In this document: positions 51,501 through 59,647 of the stretch, in pieces
Position numbering within the stretch: position 1 is the stretch's first letter
Layout of the letters: each line of letters starts with the position of its first letter
Assembly: GCA_965243395.1 (NCBI GenBank)
Contig: CBDEUS010000002.1
Span: 32,001 to 96,000 of the forward strand
Direction: 5' to 3'
DNA length: 64,000 nt
From: Gammaproteobacteria bacterium
Lineage (GTDB): Bacteria; Pseudomonadota; Gammaproteobacteria; UBA4575
Program-made: the position numbers and the translations under genes
The notes under the pieces: generated by a model
Told to the model about the DNA's origin: nothing
What the model saw: the letters and a program-made list of their open reading frames with translations, nothing else
The model's database searches: none

Positions 51501-54500
51501 TAGCAAAAATTTCTGCAAAGTAAAGATCAACTGCATAATCACCGGCAGCTAATGGTGCAGAAAATTGCAACGGATCAAACCAGCGTTCGGTTTCATACAC
51601 GGTTCCATCAAAGATAGTTTGATCACCATTTGCGCCACCGCCGCCTGTATCTGAGAAAATATTACCGTTTAAAAATCCGGTATCTGCATCGAAGTTTATG
51701 CCATCCTGAACTAATGCAGGTCCACCAGCATTGACAGCAAGTACGATGGGTCTTGGATCATTTACAACTGCAGTAATTTCCAAGCTGGCGCTTGCACCAC
51801 TTGCAATATCGCCGATGGTCCATACACCAGTAATAGGATTATAGTCACCACCGCCGTTATCACTTATATAAGTAAAGCCATCAGGCAAAAGATCCTGTAC
51901 GGATACACCGCTTGCATTGGAGCCAGAAACATCAACATGGTCTACGGTTAATGTAAACGTTACGGTATCTCCAAATGCCGGAGTAGAATCGGATACAGTC
52001 TTAGTGAGTTCTAAATCTGCAGTGATATCGGGTGTTACAACAACTGTGGAATCATCATCTTCTAATGCGGCACCATTTCCAGGTGTTGAATCGGGGTCTG
52101 CTCTATCAGATGTGAGAATTTGTGCAAAATTTGTGTAATCAGGAACGACGGGAGTGGTGTCATTGATTTGAATAATCTCAATGCCGTTAACGAGTGTATT
52201 TTCTACTCCGTGAATAAACTCAATATCAATAGTACCATCGGTAATTTCAACAACATTTGAAATCAAACCTCCTACTTGATGACCAAATTGATCTGATAGA
52301 TCGACATCATCAAGGTTTGGCAATACGCTGCCTTCAATTTCAACATCGAATACTCGTTGTCCGGGTTGACTGGTTCCGTTAAAACCATTGCCCATATAAA
52401 GACGCACTTCATAAAAGCCATCATCAGGTACATCAAACGCCCATAACATTTCACCGGCAGCATCATTACTGTTGTCCCAGCGCTCGGTACTGAAAATATT
52501 ACTTGGTGTAGTTGGTGGAACAGTAGTGCCCGCGCTGACCGGAAATGCGCCTGTATCATTTGAACCTGCATTTATAAGATTAGTATTATTTGCAGCAGCC
52601 GTATCTGCAGCCCAATCAAGACCACCGTCAATTGCAGAAATTTGTGGTCCTCCAGCATTAACACGATAAAGCACGACTTCCGCAGGCGGAACTTCGGGAG
52701 CATTAACTGTCACATCGATATTTAATGTGGCAACACCACCGTTTGCGAGATCGCCAATGGTCCATATCCCCGTACTTGAATCATAATCACCACTGCTGTC
52801 ATCACTCACATAGGTAAATCCATCTGGCAAAATGTCTTGCACGGTAACATTTGAGGTATCGGAACCCGAAACATGATTCACAGTTAGTGTGAAAGTTATT
52901 TGCTCACCCAACACAGGTGTATCATTCGAAACTGATTTTACTAATTCTAGATCAGCCGTATTATCAGGTGTTACTGGTGTAGTGACATCATCGTCGTCAC
53001 CAACAGAATCATCACCTGGAGTTGAATCTGGATCTAAAACATCCGAACTTAAAATTTGAGCATAGTTGTCATAGGCTTGTGTGACGATATCGCCGCCAGG
53101 ATCTAGAGCATTAATTGCGATAGCACTTATTTTTGCGTTATCAACTATTGTGGTGAAATCAATGTCAATATTTCCATCCACTACATTAATATCGAAGCTT
53201 TTCACAACCGCTACATTTTGTCCGCTGCCACCCGTTTGCGAAGCGGCGTCTGCAAATATGTCGTAGTTATCTAATACCGTGTTCCCCTCAATTGAAACAT
53301 CGAACACTCGACTGCCCGCAGCAGTTGCAAAGATCTCTGCAAAATAGAGCTCTACTTCGTAATCACCATTGGCTACGGCAAAATCCCATTGTTGATTGCC
53401 AAATCGTTCTGTTTCGAATACAACTTCAGGTGCTGGGTCACCACTTGGTAACAAAGAAAGGTCAAAAGTTGGTGCACCATTTTCATTTCCAAATTGATTT
53501 CCTCCCGTACGACCTGGAAATGGGGATCCATCTGTGTCAACGGCCCAATCGGGTGCTGATGCATCCGTTGCAACTTGATTTGTACCACCTGCATTAACAC
53601 GGAACAGCGGTGTTTCAACACGTGGTGATAAAATTTCATTCACTGTCACCGTTATTGCATGACTGACACTCGCACCATTCGCTACAGCACCAACATCCCA
53701 TATGCCTGTACTATCGTCATACGTTCCGTCACCTTCCGCACTCACAAATGTGTATCCGGCAGGTAAGATGTCTTCTACTTGTACACCGGTAGCATCACCT
53801 GTGCCATTGTTATCAACAGTCAGCGTGAAAGTAATTTGTTCACCAATTATCGGTGTTGAGTTGTTTGCTGTTTTAGTGAGTTCTAAATCGGCCGGTAATA
53901 TGTCGGTGTATTGCAAGAATATGGGATCACTTACAGAACTAGTTGGCAGGTTACTATTGTTAGGATCGATTACACTCGTAGCAAAAACAAGAGGTAACTG
54001 ATCCACAAGTGCATCGGTAAAACCACCGCCACCAACAGTTTCACCATTTAATAACTGGGAAACATCAAATAAGTTAGAGATGTCCTGATCCGTTCCATCT
54101 AACAATACATCAACGGTTTGAAATTCCACAGCATTGTTAATTGGAGAGTTTGATGCAACCAATGCATTTAATTGTGCATCAAGTTGTGATGCAAAAGGTT
54201 CTGAAAAATTATTTTCACCAGGCTGGATGAAACCTTTCATTAATACAACCCGCGCAGTTTGACCGGCAGGGCCGTTTATAGTTACGGTTGGTGAACCGTT
54301 ATATGTGCCTACACCACCCTCGGTTAAACCATTTACAGTTAAGACGGGCTCCATTACTGAAATATCTTGAGATGCCTGTCCAGTTGCACCTCCCTGTGTA
54401 CCATTTCCTTGTAATTGTCCGGTGGCTGTAGTTCCATCTTCAAATGTGATGGTGAAGGTTGAACCTATTAACTCGGCACCCGAAACACCGCCGATATCCC

Positions 54501-57500
54501 AACCCGCAGGATCTGCACCTGAATCAAGTGTGCCCTTGTCAGAACCTGCGATGGAATTTGGATCCATATCTACAGAGAAGCCAACGGTTTCCCCAGGTTC
54601 AAAACCACCATTAGTATTTACATCAAATAAAAGCTGAAGACCTTCAAAACCTGCAGTACCACCCGCACCTACATAAGGTGCGGGAGCGTTAACACCCGTT
54701 CCACCTGCTGTATCAATCGATAATTCTTTACCGATGGTATCGCCCGCAATCCCAAATGGATCAAATACAGCGTCTGTTAACAAGGCATTCGAAACATCAA
54801 TATCAACTTGGGTAATCTTTTTATTTCCAGTGTTCGTAATTTGGAATGAGTTCGCACCAAAATTTGAACTGTCTACATCGGTTGCGTTTGGAGTAACTGA
54901 AAATTCTGCTGCACCTCCGGAAGGATCGGCTTCACGAATAACAATTGCACTAATTTTTCCATTGTTAACGGATGGGTCAAAAGAAATATCTAGTGTGCCA
55001 TTCGCTCCTGGTGAATAAGTGCCGGGAGCAAGAAATTGAATGGTTTCATTTATATCACCATTGTTCTGCGCAAGAATATCGAGATCATTGATAACTTGCT
55101 GACCTTCTATACTTACATCAAATACACGAGTACCAATTTGATCCTGGAATATTTCTGCAAAGTACAATTCGACCGTGTAATTACCAGGATCGAGTTCAAT
55201 AGAAAATTCAGAAACCGCGGGATCATCACCACCAAAGAAACGTTCTGTTTCAAAGACTGTTCCATCAAAGATCGATTGTATTCCGTTTCCTGGACCCGCA
55301 GCTGTTGCATCATCACCATCTCCATCTGTAAACGGATTTCCCGATGGGAAAGTGAAGTTATTGCCATTTGATGTGCCCATCGTTGGCGCATCCATGCCAC
55401 CACCTTCATTTGCAGCAAAGCTAATACCATCTTGAACTAATGCAGGACCACCCGCGTTTATTGCAGCGACTACTGCGCCTAATGTGACATCATCATCTTG
55501 AATGGTAACCGTGGCACTACCCGTACCGATTTGGGCATTAGCACTTACATTCGTAATATTTACTGTGAAGGTTTCATCTAACTCAACATCCATATCCTGA
55601 AGAATATCGATCAGGAACGTAACGTCTGAAGAACCTCCTGCAATAGAAACAGTATCGGTATAAACCGTGCCATCAAAACTTCCCGAGTTATATTGGTAAT
55701 CTACTCCCGGTGTAATTCCGCCATTAGGAACAATTTCAAAAGTTACATCAACGGTTTCCATTGCCGGCACAGTAATGTTTGTAGCCAATGAGATTTGCAC
55801 TTGCCCATCATTTTCATTGACGGTTTGGTTGCCACTAACAATCGAAACTATTGGATCGGAACTACTACCGAGTTGAATAATTTCAATTCCATTTATAAGT
55901 GGGTTTTCAACTCCATGAATGAAATCAATATCGATAGTGCCATCGGTTACTTGAACAATATTCGATATCATGCCTCCAACTTCATGGCCAAAGAAGCTTG
56001 CGTTATTAGAAAGGTCAATGTCGTCAAGACTTGAAAGAATATTACCTTCAATCGCAACATCGAAAACACGCTGGCCTGGTGAACTTGTACCACTAAAACC
56101 ATTACCCATATAAAGGCGGACCTCATAGAAACCCTGAACTGGAACATCAAACTCCCATTGCATTTCTGTGCCACCGGGTTGATCCCAACGTTCAGTATCG
56201 AAAATTTCCCCAGGAGTTGTAATTGGAACCGTAGCACCAGGATCAACTGCAGGAAATGCTGCTGTATTATTACTGCCTGGATCAGCAAGATTAGAATTAT
56301 TTGCAGCAGTCGTATCTACAGCCCAATCTAGTCCACCATCAATTGCAGCAATTTGTGGTCCACCCGCATTTACACGATAGAGTACTGTACTAGTTGAATC
56401 ACCCGTCGCTGTAATTTCAATGTCATCGAAAATAGCCTGGAAGGCATCATCCGTAGATTGACCGTTATTTGTGTTAAACAAACCTATAGCCAACCCAGTG
56501 GTCTGCCCATTCACCATGAAATCACCATTAATAGCATCCAGCACATTTGTACCGGTCAGTGATATAGCACTGCCTGTTATAGGTGTGCTCGTTCCTCCAC
56601 CTGGAAGTTCATAACTTACAGTCGGAGTTGCGGTTTCAGCAGTCGGATCAATTTCTAATTCAAGAAATATTTTATTTAGATTGATGGGTTGATTGGTAAA
56701 TAGATCATCGGCCTGAATGAATGATTCTGTAACACTATCATTGTTTTCAAGTGATACCTGTATCTCACCACTACCATGCTGGATAGCAACAATCTTTAAA
56801 TAATTACTTTGATCACCCGTACCTATGTAACCACCAATTTGTTGGAAGTTACCTGTGAAGCCTCCATCACCTTGCGTTTGTGAAAGACCTGGATTGAATA
56901 CAGTCCATTTAACCGTAAATGTTTCTGCAATTGGCGCAATGGTTACACCGGTATGAAAAATAAATTCACCATTGTTGTTGGCTTCAAATGGATCACCATT
57001 AGAAGCAAATTCAACTACCGTAGTGCCTCCACCTGCTGCAGTGATAAATTTTACGTTGTCTAAATTAATGTCTTGATCGGGACGCGGAGGGTTAGGTGCA
57101 GCTTGGAAAAAGTCTTCAAAATTAGTAGTTCCATTCACCAAGACACCCGTTAAACCACCGCCATAACCATTAGGTCCTGGTAGATTGCCATCTTGATCGG
57201 CATCAAAATCCCATAGATATTGCTGACCGGGGAATACAATTACGGAACCGCCATTACTAGGGTCACGTATAAACGGATCGACTACATTTAAGAGGCCATC
57301 ATTGTCAAAATCGTCTGGATTTGCGGGCGTATCTCCAGGTGCAAAAACTTGAATACTATTTCCACCAATTTCTGCAACCCAAATCGTGCCATCAGGACCT
57401 TCAATTACATCTAGTGGTGTAGAAAGTCCGGTAATCAAAGGGAACACTCCATCGGCGTCAGCAACAAAATCGTCACCGGTGCCAAGAACACCATCATCAC

Positions 57501-58920
57501 CAGGGTCAATAAGTGCTTCTAGAGCAGTACCTGCATCATTTAAATTTAATAGAGAAATATTCCCATTGAATGAAGCCACAAGAAGTGCACCTTGCAAAGC
57601 ACCATCAAAATTATTACTGGTGTATTCGACTAGACCATTACTTGATGAACCAATTGTTGCTAGTGAGAGTGGATTAGCATCCTTCTCTACACGTACACCG
57701 CTTTGATCCAGCCTTGCTTGATCACCGGTAAATTTCGATGGATCAATAATAAATCCGCTTTGTATGTTTACACTTGCTGGCACCAAAGACGATAGATCAG
57801 TAACTGAGTTTGGTGTCACGCTTGTATCGGGCACACCCGAATCATCATATACAAAGAATTCGAGATCTTGATTGGATCGAGTTGGATTTGGGTGACCGTA
57901 GTAACCTCCATCCGTAATTAAAAACAATGCATCCGGATCACCCGAACCACCATTATTTATTGCATCAGTAGGATCACCATTTAAATCCGTTACAGGATCA
58001 CCACCTAAACCACCATTAGATCCGTTATCAAAGGTATAAAGAATACCGTTTTGAGTGAGCACAACATCGTATTGATTACGAAAGCCGTCTGCAAAAATTC
58101 GTAAAGGCGCATCGGATGGGAGAATTGCTTGGTTAAATCCATCATTACCACCAAATGGTCCATTAACATCTAAACCATTTGCATCTTCTCTTACGCCATC
58201 ATTAGCAACACTTGGATCATCTAATGTAGGCAAATCGTAAACATAATCACGCGCCGTTCCACCTTGGCCTCCATCCGCATCGGTTAATACGGTACGCGAG
58301 TTAATGTCGGTTAAATCAATTTCAAGCAGTGTTCCGGAAAGCGCATATTCACTGGTATAAGAGAAAAACTGACTCGGCGCTCCATTATTTGTGTTACCAC
58401 CCACTTGCACATATAACAACGTTCCATCTGCACTTAGCGTTAAACCGTTATTCGAGTGATTTTCTTCAGAACGCGGTAATCCGCGGACAATATCAACCGT
58501 ATCCCATGACCCGGTTTGGTTTTGAGTTACGCGTGTAATAATTCCCGAGTTGGTATCTAAATTAACTTCACCATTTGCTGCAATACGCGGATCACTAGAA
58601 GTGACATAAAGAACAACATTGCCACTTCCATCTTCGGTAACAACTAAACCCGTTACTTGCCGGTTTCCTTCATTAGAATTTGAACCATCGTCATTATGGT
58701 TTTGAATGTTTTGAACAACATCATTACCGTTTGCATCCAATAGCACTTCACTTGCTGTGGCAACGTAGTTACCGTTTTGAAGTTCAACAGTAAATGCAGT
58801 AATGGTTCCGTTTTGTTGAGATACGTAGAGTCGTCCGTCTGGACCAAATTGTAGTGAAGTTGGGTTTCCAATTCCGCCAATAGAACCAACATTAGAAAAA
58901 CTGATAGCCATTGTGCTCAC
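45532..58920 (-). CDS. Giant (4462 aa) secreted adhesin/lectin: N-terminal GSDH-like beta-propeller, 5 malectin-like, 3 DUF11, multiple Calx-beta-like and 3 CBM-like domains; probable T1SS substrate
   Basis: PTSLQFGPDGRLYV and GLPRSEENH propeller; five (RV/AI/AV)NAGG...RVFDV.IEG malectin units; ADLEL.K DUF11 units; AT.G.DY..L.GTV.I Calx-beta; RIQAEDF CBM-like units; no signal peptide; AAGGAG SD with GTG start. Confidence 0.88.
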   Translation of the reverse strand: MSTMAISFSNVGSIGGIGNPTSLQFGPDGRLYVSQQNGTITAFTVELQNGNYVATASEVLLDANGNDVVQNIQNHNDDGSNSNEGNRQVTGLVVTEDGSGNVVLYVTSSDPRIAANGEVNLDTNSGIITRVTQNQTGSWDTVDIVRGLPRSEENHSNNGLTLSADGTLLYVQVGGNTNNGAPSQFFSYTSEYALSGTLLEIDLTDINSRTVLTDADGGQGGTARDYVYDLPTLDDPSVANDGVREDANGLDVNGPFGGNDGFNQAILPSDAPLRIFADGFRNQYDVVLTQNGILYTFDNGSNGGLGGDPVTDLNGDPTDAINNGGSGDPDALFLITDGGYYGHPNPTRSNQDLEFFVYDDSGVPDTSVTPNSVTDLSSLVPASVNIQSGFIIDPSKFTGDQARLDQSGVRVEKDANPLSLATIGSSSNGLVEYTSNNFDGALQGALLVASFNGNISLLNLNDAGTALEALIDPGDDGVLGTGDDFVADADGVFPLITGLSTPLDVIEGPDGTIWVAEIGGNSIQVFAPGDTPANPDDFDNDGLLNVVDPFIRDPSNGGSVIVFPGQQYLWDFDADQDGNLPGPNGYGGGLTGVLVNGTTNFEDFFQAAPNPPRPDQDINLDNVKFITAAGGGTTVVEFASNGDPFEANNNGEFIFHTGVTIAPIAETFTVKWTVFNPGLSQTQGDGGFTGNFQQIGGYIGTGDQSNYLKIVAIQHGSGEIQVSLENNDSVTESFIQADDLFTNQPINLNKIFLELEIDPTAETATPTVSYELPGGGTSTPITGSAISLTGTNVLDAINGDFMVNGQTTGLAIGLFNTNNGQSTDDAFQAIFDDIEITATGDSTSTVLYRVNAGGPQIAAIDGGLDWAVDTTAANNSNLADPGSNNTAAFPAVDPGATVPITTPGEIFDTERWDQPGGTEMQWEFDVPVQGFYEVRLYMGNGFSGTSSPGQRVFDVAIEGNILSSLDDIDLSNNASFFGHEVGGMISNIVQVTDGTIDIDFIHGVENPLINGIEIIQLGSSSDPIVSIVSGNQTVNENDGQVQISLATNITVPAMETVDVTFEIVPNGGITPGVDYQYNSGSFDGTVYTDTVSIAGGSSDVTFLIDILQDMDVELDETFTVNITNVSANAQIGTGSATVTIQDDDVTLGAVVAAINAGGPALVQDGISFAANEGGGMDAPTMGTSNGNNFTFPSGNPFTDGDGDDATAAGPGNGIQSIFDGTVFETERFFGGDDPAVSEFSIELDPGNYTVELYFAEIFQDQIGTRVFDVSIEGQQVINDLDILAQNNGDINETIQFLAPGTYSPGANGTLDISFDPSVNNGKISAIVIREADPSGGAAEFSVTPNATDVDSSNFGANSFQITNTGNKKITQVDIDVSNALLTDAVFDPFGIAGDTIGKELSIDTAGGTGVNAPAPYVGAGGTAGFEGLQLLFDVNTNGGFEPGETVGFSVDMDPNSIAGSDKGTLDSGADPAGWDIGGVSGAELIGSTFTITFEDGTTATGQLQGNGTQGGATGQASQDISVMEPVLTVNGLTEGGVGTYNGSPTVTINGPAGQTARVVLMKGFIQPGENNFSEPFASQLDAQLNALVASNSPINNAVEFQTVDVLLDGTDQDISNLFDVSQLLNGETVGGGGFTDALVDQLPLVFATSVIDPNNSNLPTSSVSDPIFLQYTDILPADLELTKTANNSTPIIGEQITFTLTVDNNGTGDATGVQVEDILPAGYTFVSAEGDGTYDDSTGIWDVGAVANGASVSHAITVTVNEILSPRVETPLFRVNAGGTNQVATDASAPDWAVDTDGSPFPGRTGGNQFGNENGAPTFDLSLLPSGDPAPEVVFETERFGNQQWDFAVANGDYEVELYFAEIFATAAGSRVFDVSIEGNTVLDNYDIFADAASQTGGSGQNVAVVKSFDINVVDGNIDIDFTTIVDNAKISAIAINALDPGGDIVTQAYDNYAQILSSDVLDPDSTPGDDSVGDDDDVTTPVTPDNTADLELVKSVSNDTPVLGEQITFTLTVNHVSGSDTSNVTVQDILPDGFTYVSDDSSGDYDSSTGIWTIGDLANGGVATLNIDVTVNAPEVPPAEVVLYRVNAGGPQISAIDGGLDWAADTAAANNTNLINAGSNDTGAFPVSAGTTVPPTTPSNIFSTERWDNSNDAAGEMLWAFDVPDDGFYEVRLYMGNGFNGTSQPGQRVFDVEIEGSVLPNLDDVDLSDQFGHQVGGLISNVVEITDGTIDIEFIHGVENTLVNGIEIIQINDTTPVVPDYTNFAQILTSDRADPDSTPGNGAALEDDDSTVVVTPDITADLELTKTVSDSTPAFGDTVTFTLTVDHVDVSGSNASGVSVQDLLPDGFTYISDNGGGDYNPITGVWTIGDIASGASASLEITAVVNDPRPIVLAVNAGGPALVQDGINFDADTGFLNGNIFSDTGGGGANGDQTIFDGTVYETERWFDPLQFSAPLAAGDYAVDLYFAEIFANPPSGGRVFDVSIEGQQILTDFDILALNGEDINVPIVVNVPGTFDPSDFGDLNNLDITFDASVDNAKVSAIVIRDASQSVLDFDNYAQILTSDLADPDSTPGDDSVGDDDDATVMVLPTSTGQNEATILAITDAEEPNINGQFVVSLEEAASVETTINYTVAGSATGGDDYTALSGTVVIAQGTTSAPIDVLVLDDLEVEGLEDVIVTLTSATGDPSVVIGTSNNSATVNIIDNDVPNELSIINNGDASEPDVDGQFLVSLSQIATTNTIITYTVDVTSSATAGSDYTALTGTVTILAGQLTAPIDVEVIDDLELEGSEDVIVTLNGVTGDANISIGATDTATVNIGDDDVPNEVSIANNGDAAEPDVNGQFLVSLTAIAQTNTVVTYTVDDVSAGAATPGVDYTALTGTVIIPAGSLSAPIDVTVIDDSDIEGLENVTVTLTNVTGDANVSIGTTDTATVNIADDDANIGATITMSGGDTTFGNDKIQIVNTSDPGVQIINVQFDIASAVLSTGLDVNGEFLGAVWDPTGEAGDAGSQGIIINPGIGNVAGFLDQNGVPVVAPGNTTTSPYPFSNQLLGGDNGQPGGYQFMDLNFNSFDAGDTFLFGVDVDPQSIQNASGTGQAGAYSPGEMHGVTATITFEDNNGNQFTETRQLEITGLNSSFAQFDGNGPSAAPTLQVTGLTNGVRRVETLQTTHEVVVSGVNPGDTVELYLLDASGYEKHGGNGTETLPDDLFHANQLDTAPTIASEIADGTGTATFTVNLDTSTDGAVPATVDDLFFLSAGVVNASGVLTSLLSDPAEIKVISFDPVRIQAEDFDSFLRYSTQNNSNADGGQLIAHTGNIANPAFANLNIDSGTGITPGLNDITVGIFDETDGVSTLNVLLNGVQVGTIVYNSTAGTGGPTTQSFRTETISGIDIQLGDVLTLEAFRSGGEPARVDYVDFTPAGPVTPSVSIADAGVLQETGDAGNTTLLFPVTFSPALAGSTTVTYTVDNNGVITTGNTQLFTGDGSISVDVANDDIDNGTENVTVTLTAATNGILLGGTTSGTGMVTEDDIPSIVSIANAGTVQESGDVGNTTLSYAVSFDTPPSGPVTVQYSVDINGSTTTGLTQVIAAVGGIINVDVANDDLDNGTETVTVMLTGITAGDAVIDSGNDTGVGNVTEDDIPSIVSIANAGTVQESGDVGNTTLSYAVSFDTPPSGPVTVQYSVDINGSTTTGLTQVIAAVGGIINVDVANDDLDNGTETVTVMLTGITAGDAVIDSGNDTGVGSVTEDDAPIPPSVVSIGNAGSVQESGDVGNTTLSYAVSFDTPPSGPVTVQYSVDINGSTTTGLTQVIAAVGGIINVDVANDDLDNGTETVTVMLTGITAGDAVIDSGNDTGVGNVTEDDAPIPQDPVRIQAEDFDSFTRYSIQDRPAADEGQLIAHTGNIANPAFANLNIDSGTGIVAGVNDITVGIFDETDGVSTLNVLLNGVQVGTIVYDSTAGTGGPTTQSFRTETISGIDIQLGDVLTLEAFRSGGEPARVDYVEFTPTGPVTPSISIANAGTVQESGDVGNTTLSYAVSFDTPPSGPVTVQYSVDINGSTTTGLTQVIAAVGGIINVDVANDDLDNGTETVTVMLTGITAGDAVIDSGNDTGVGSVTEDDAPIPPSVVSIGNAGSVQESGDVGNTTLSYAVSFDTPPSGPVTVQYSVDINGSTTTGLTQVIAAVGGIINVDVANDDLDNGTETVTVMLTGITAGDAVIDSGNDTGVGNVTEDDAPIPQDPVRIQAEDFDSFTRYSIQDRPAADEGQLIAHTGNIANPAFANLNIDSGTGIVAGVNDITVGIFDETDGVSTLNVLLNGVQVGTIVYDSTAGTGGPTTQSFRTETISGIDIQLGDVLTLEAFRSGGEPARVDYVEFTPAAGSAMSASLAVGGTQQVQLLMEDDGAFDFSNLQTLQSSQQQMTQNNLNANQSNIINLQPVIQNSPIDPDMDESLVDPAVDNAIEMF
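45797..47987. repeat. Near-perfect tandem duplication with 1107-bp period inside the adhesin gene
   Basis: 45797-46880 matches 46904-47987 by eye; ORF-track antisense peptides recur identically at +1107 (46114/47221, 46487/47594). Confidence 0.93.
46225..48340. repeat. Five near-identical ~330-bp units encoding Calx-beta-like domains
   Basis: Peptide QESGDVGNTTLSYAVSFDTPPSGPVTVQYSVDING...VTEDD occurs five times, plus one diverged copy near 48350-48640. Confidence 0.9.
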
Positions 58921-59073
58921 TCCTTGTAGAAGTAATTAGCAGCGCGATAACTGCAATTACTACGCTTAATAATACTTGGAGGAGTTACAGGGCTAAGCGG
59001 GCTATAAAAAATTAAACTGTAATTAACTTTTAAATTATTAACTACGAACTTAAAAACAATTTATTGCAGCCTC

Positions 59074-59123
59074 TACATACTATTTGTACATACTATTTGT
59101 ACATACTATTTGTACATACTATT
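59074..59123. repeat. 13-bp tandem repeat (TACATACTATTTG, 3 full copies plus an 11-bp partial)
   Basis: Read directly; lies in the adhesin/T1SS divergent intergenic region. Confidence 0.95.
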
Positions 59124-59394
59124 AGCGCCTATAAAATAAAGCATTGTCCCCTCCTTCAGCATCATTAAAAAAACCGTATTAAACAAAAGTAATTTAATAC
59201 GATAACAGTTTTATTTTTATTGAGTTTTGATAATACTTCGTTAAAAAACTCAATCAACGGTATTTTTATTGATGAATTATAGATAAAAACGATATTTTTT
59301 TTATTAACTAATCATCTTATAAGTTAGTAATACCACATAGTGACAGTTAGTTATCTTGAATATAAGTATTAGTCCACAAAAATTTAATGAAGAA

Positions 59395-59410
59395 TGTGTT
59401 CTGTTTCACA
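59395..59410. promoter_or_regulatory. Putative CRP/Vfr-like site between the adhesin and T1SS genes
   Basis: TGTGT-TCTGTT-TCACA, 9/10 match to consensus. Confidence 0.4.
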
Positions 59411-59647
59411 GTTAAAAGTTTCTAAATCAACGCTAATTAGTGAGTTATTAGCACGCGGCTACTAGACGCGATAATTATAATTTATAAAGCTAATATTACT
59501 TTTAGAGAATCAAATAAGAAGTAATCTTTCATACTACAATTAAATTTTTTATCTAAGGAGATAGATTTAATACAAATAATTTTTAACGATCATTATTTTT
59601 ATGAATCGTCTAGTCAGGATTAGTTGAAGAACAGTTAAGGGGCAAAA

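Noticed and set aside
46114-58538. Many 60-110 aa plus-strand ORFs opposite the giant gene
   Set aside because: Antisense shadows of a biased, repetitive coding strand; Ser/Thr/Val/Pro-rich and repeating in step with the sense repeats
59074-59123. Possible mini-CRISPR
   Set aside because: 13-bp units are contiguous with no spacers, and no cas genes are present
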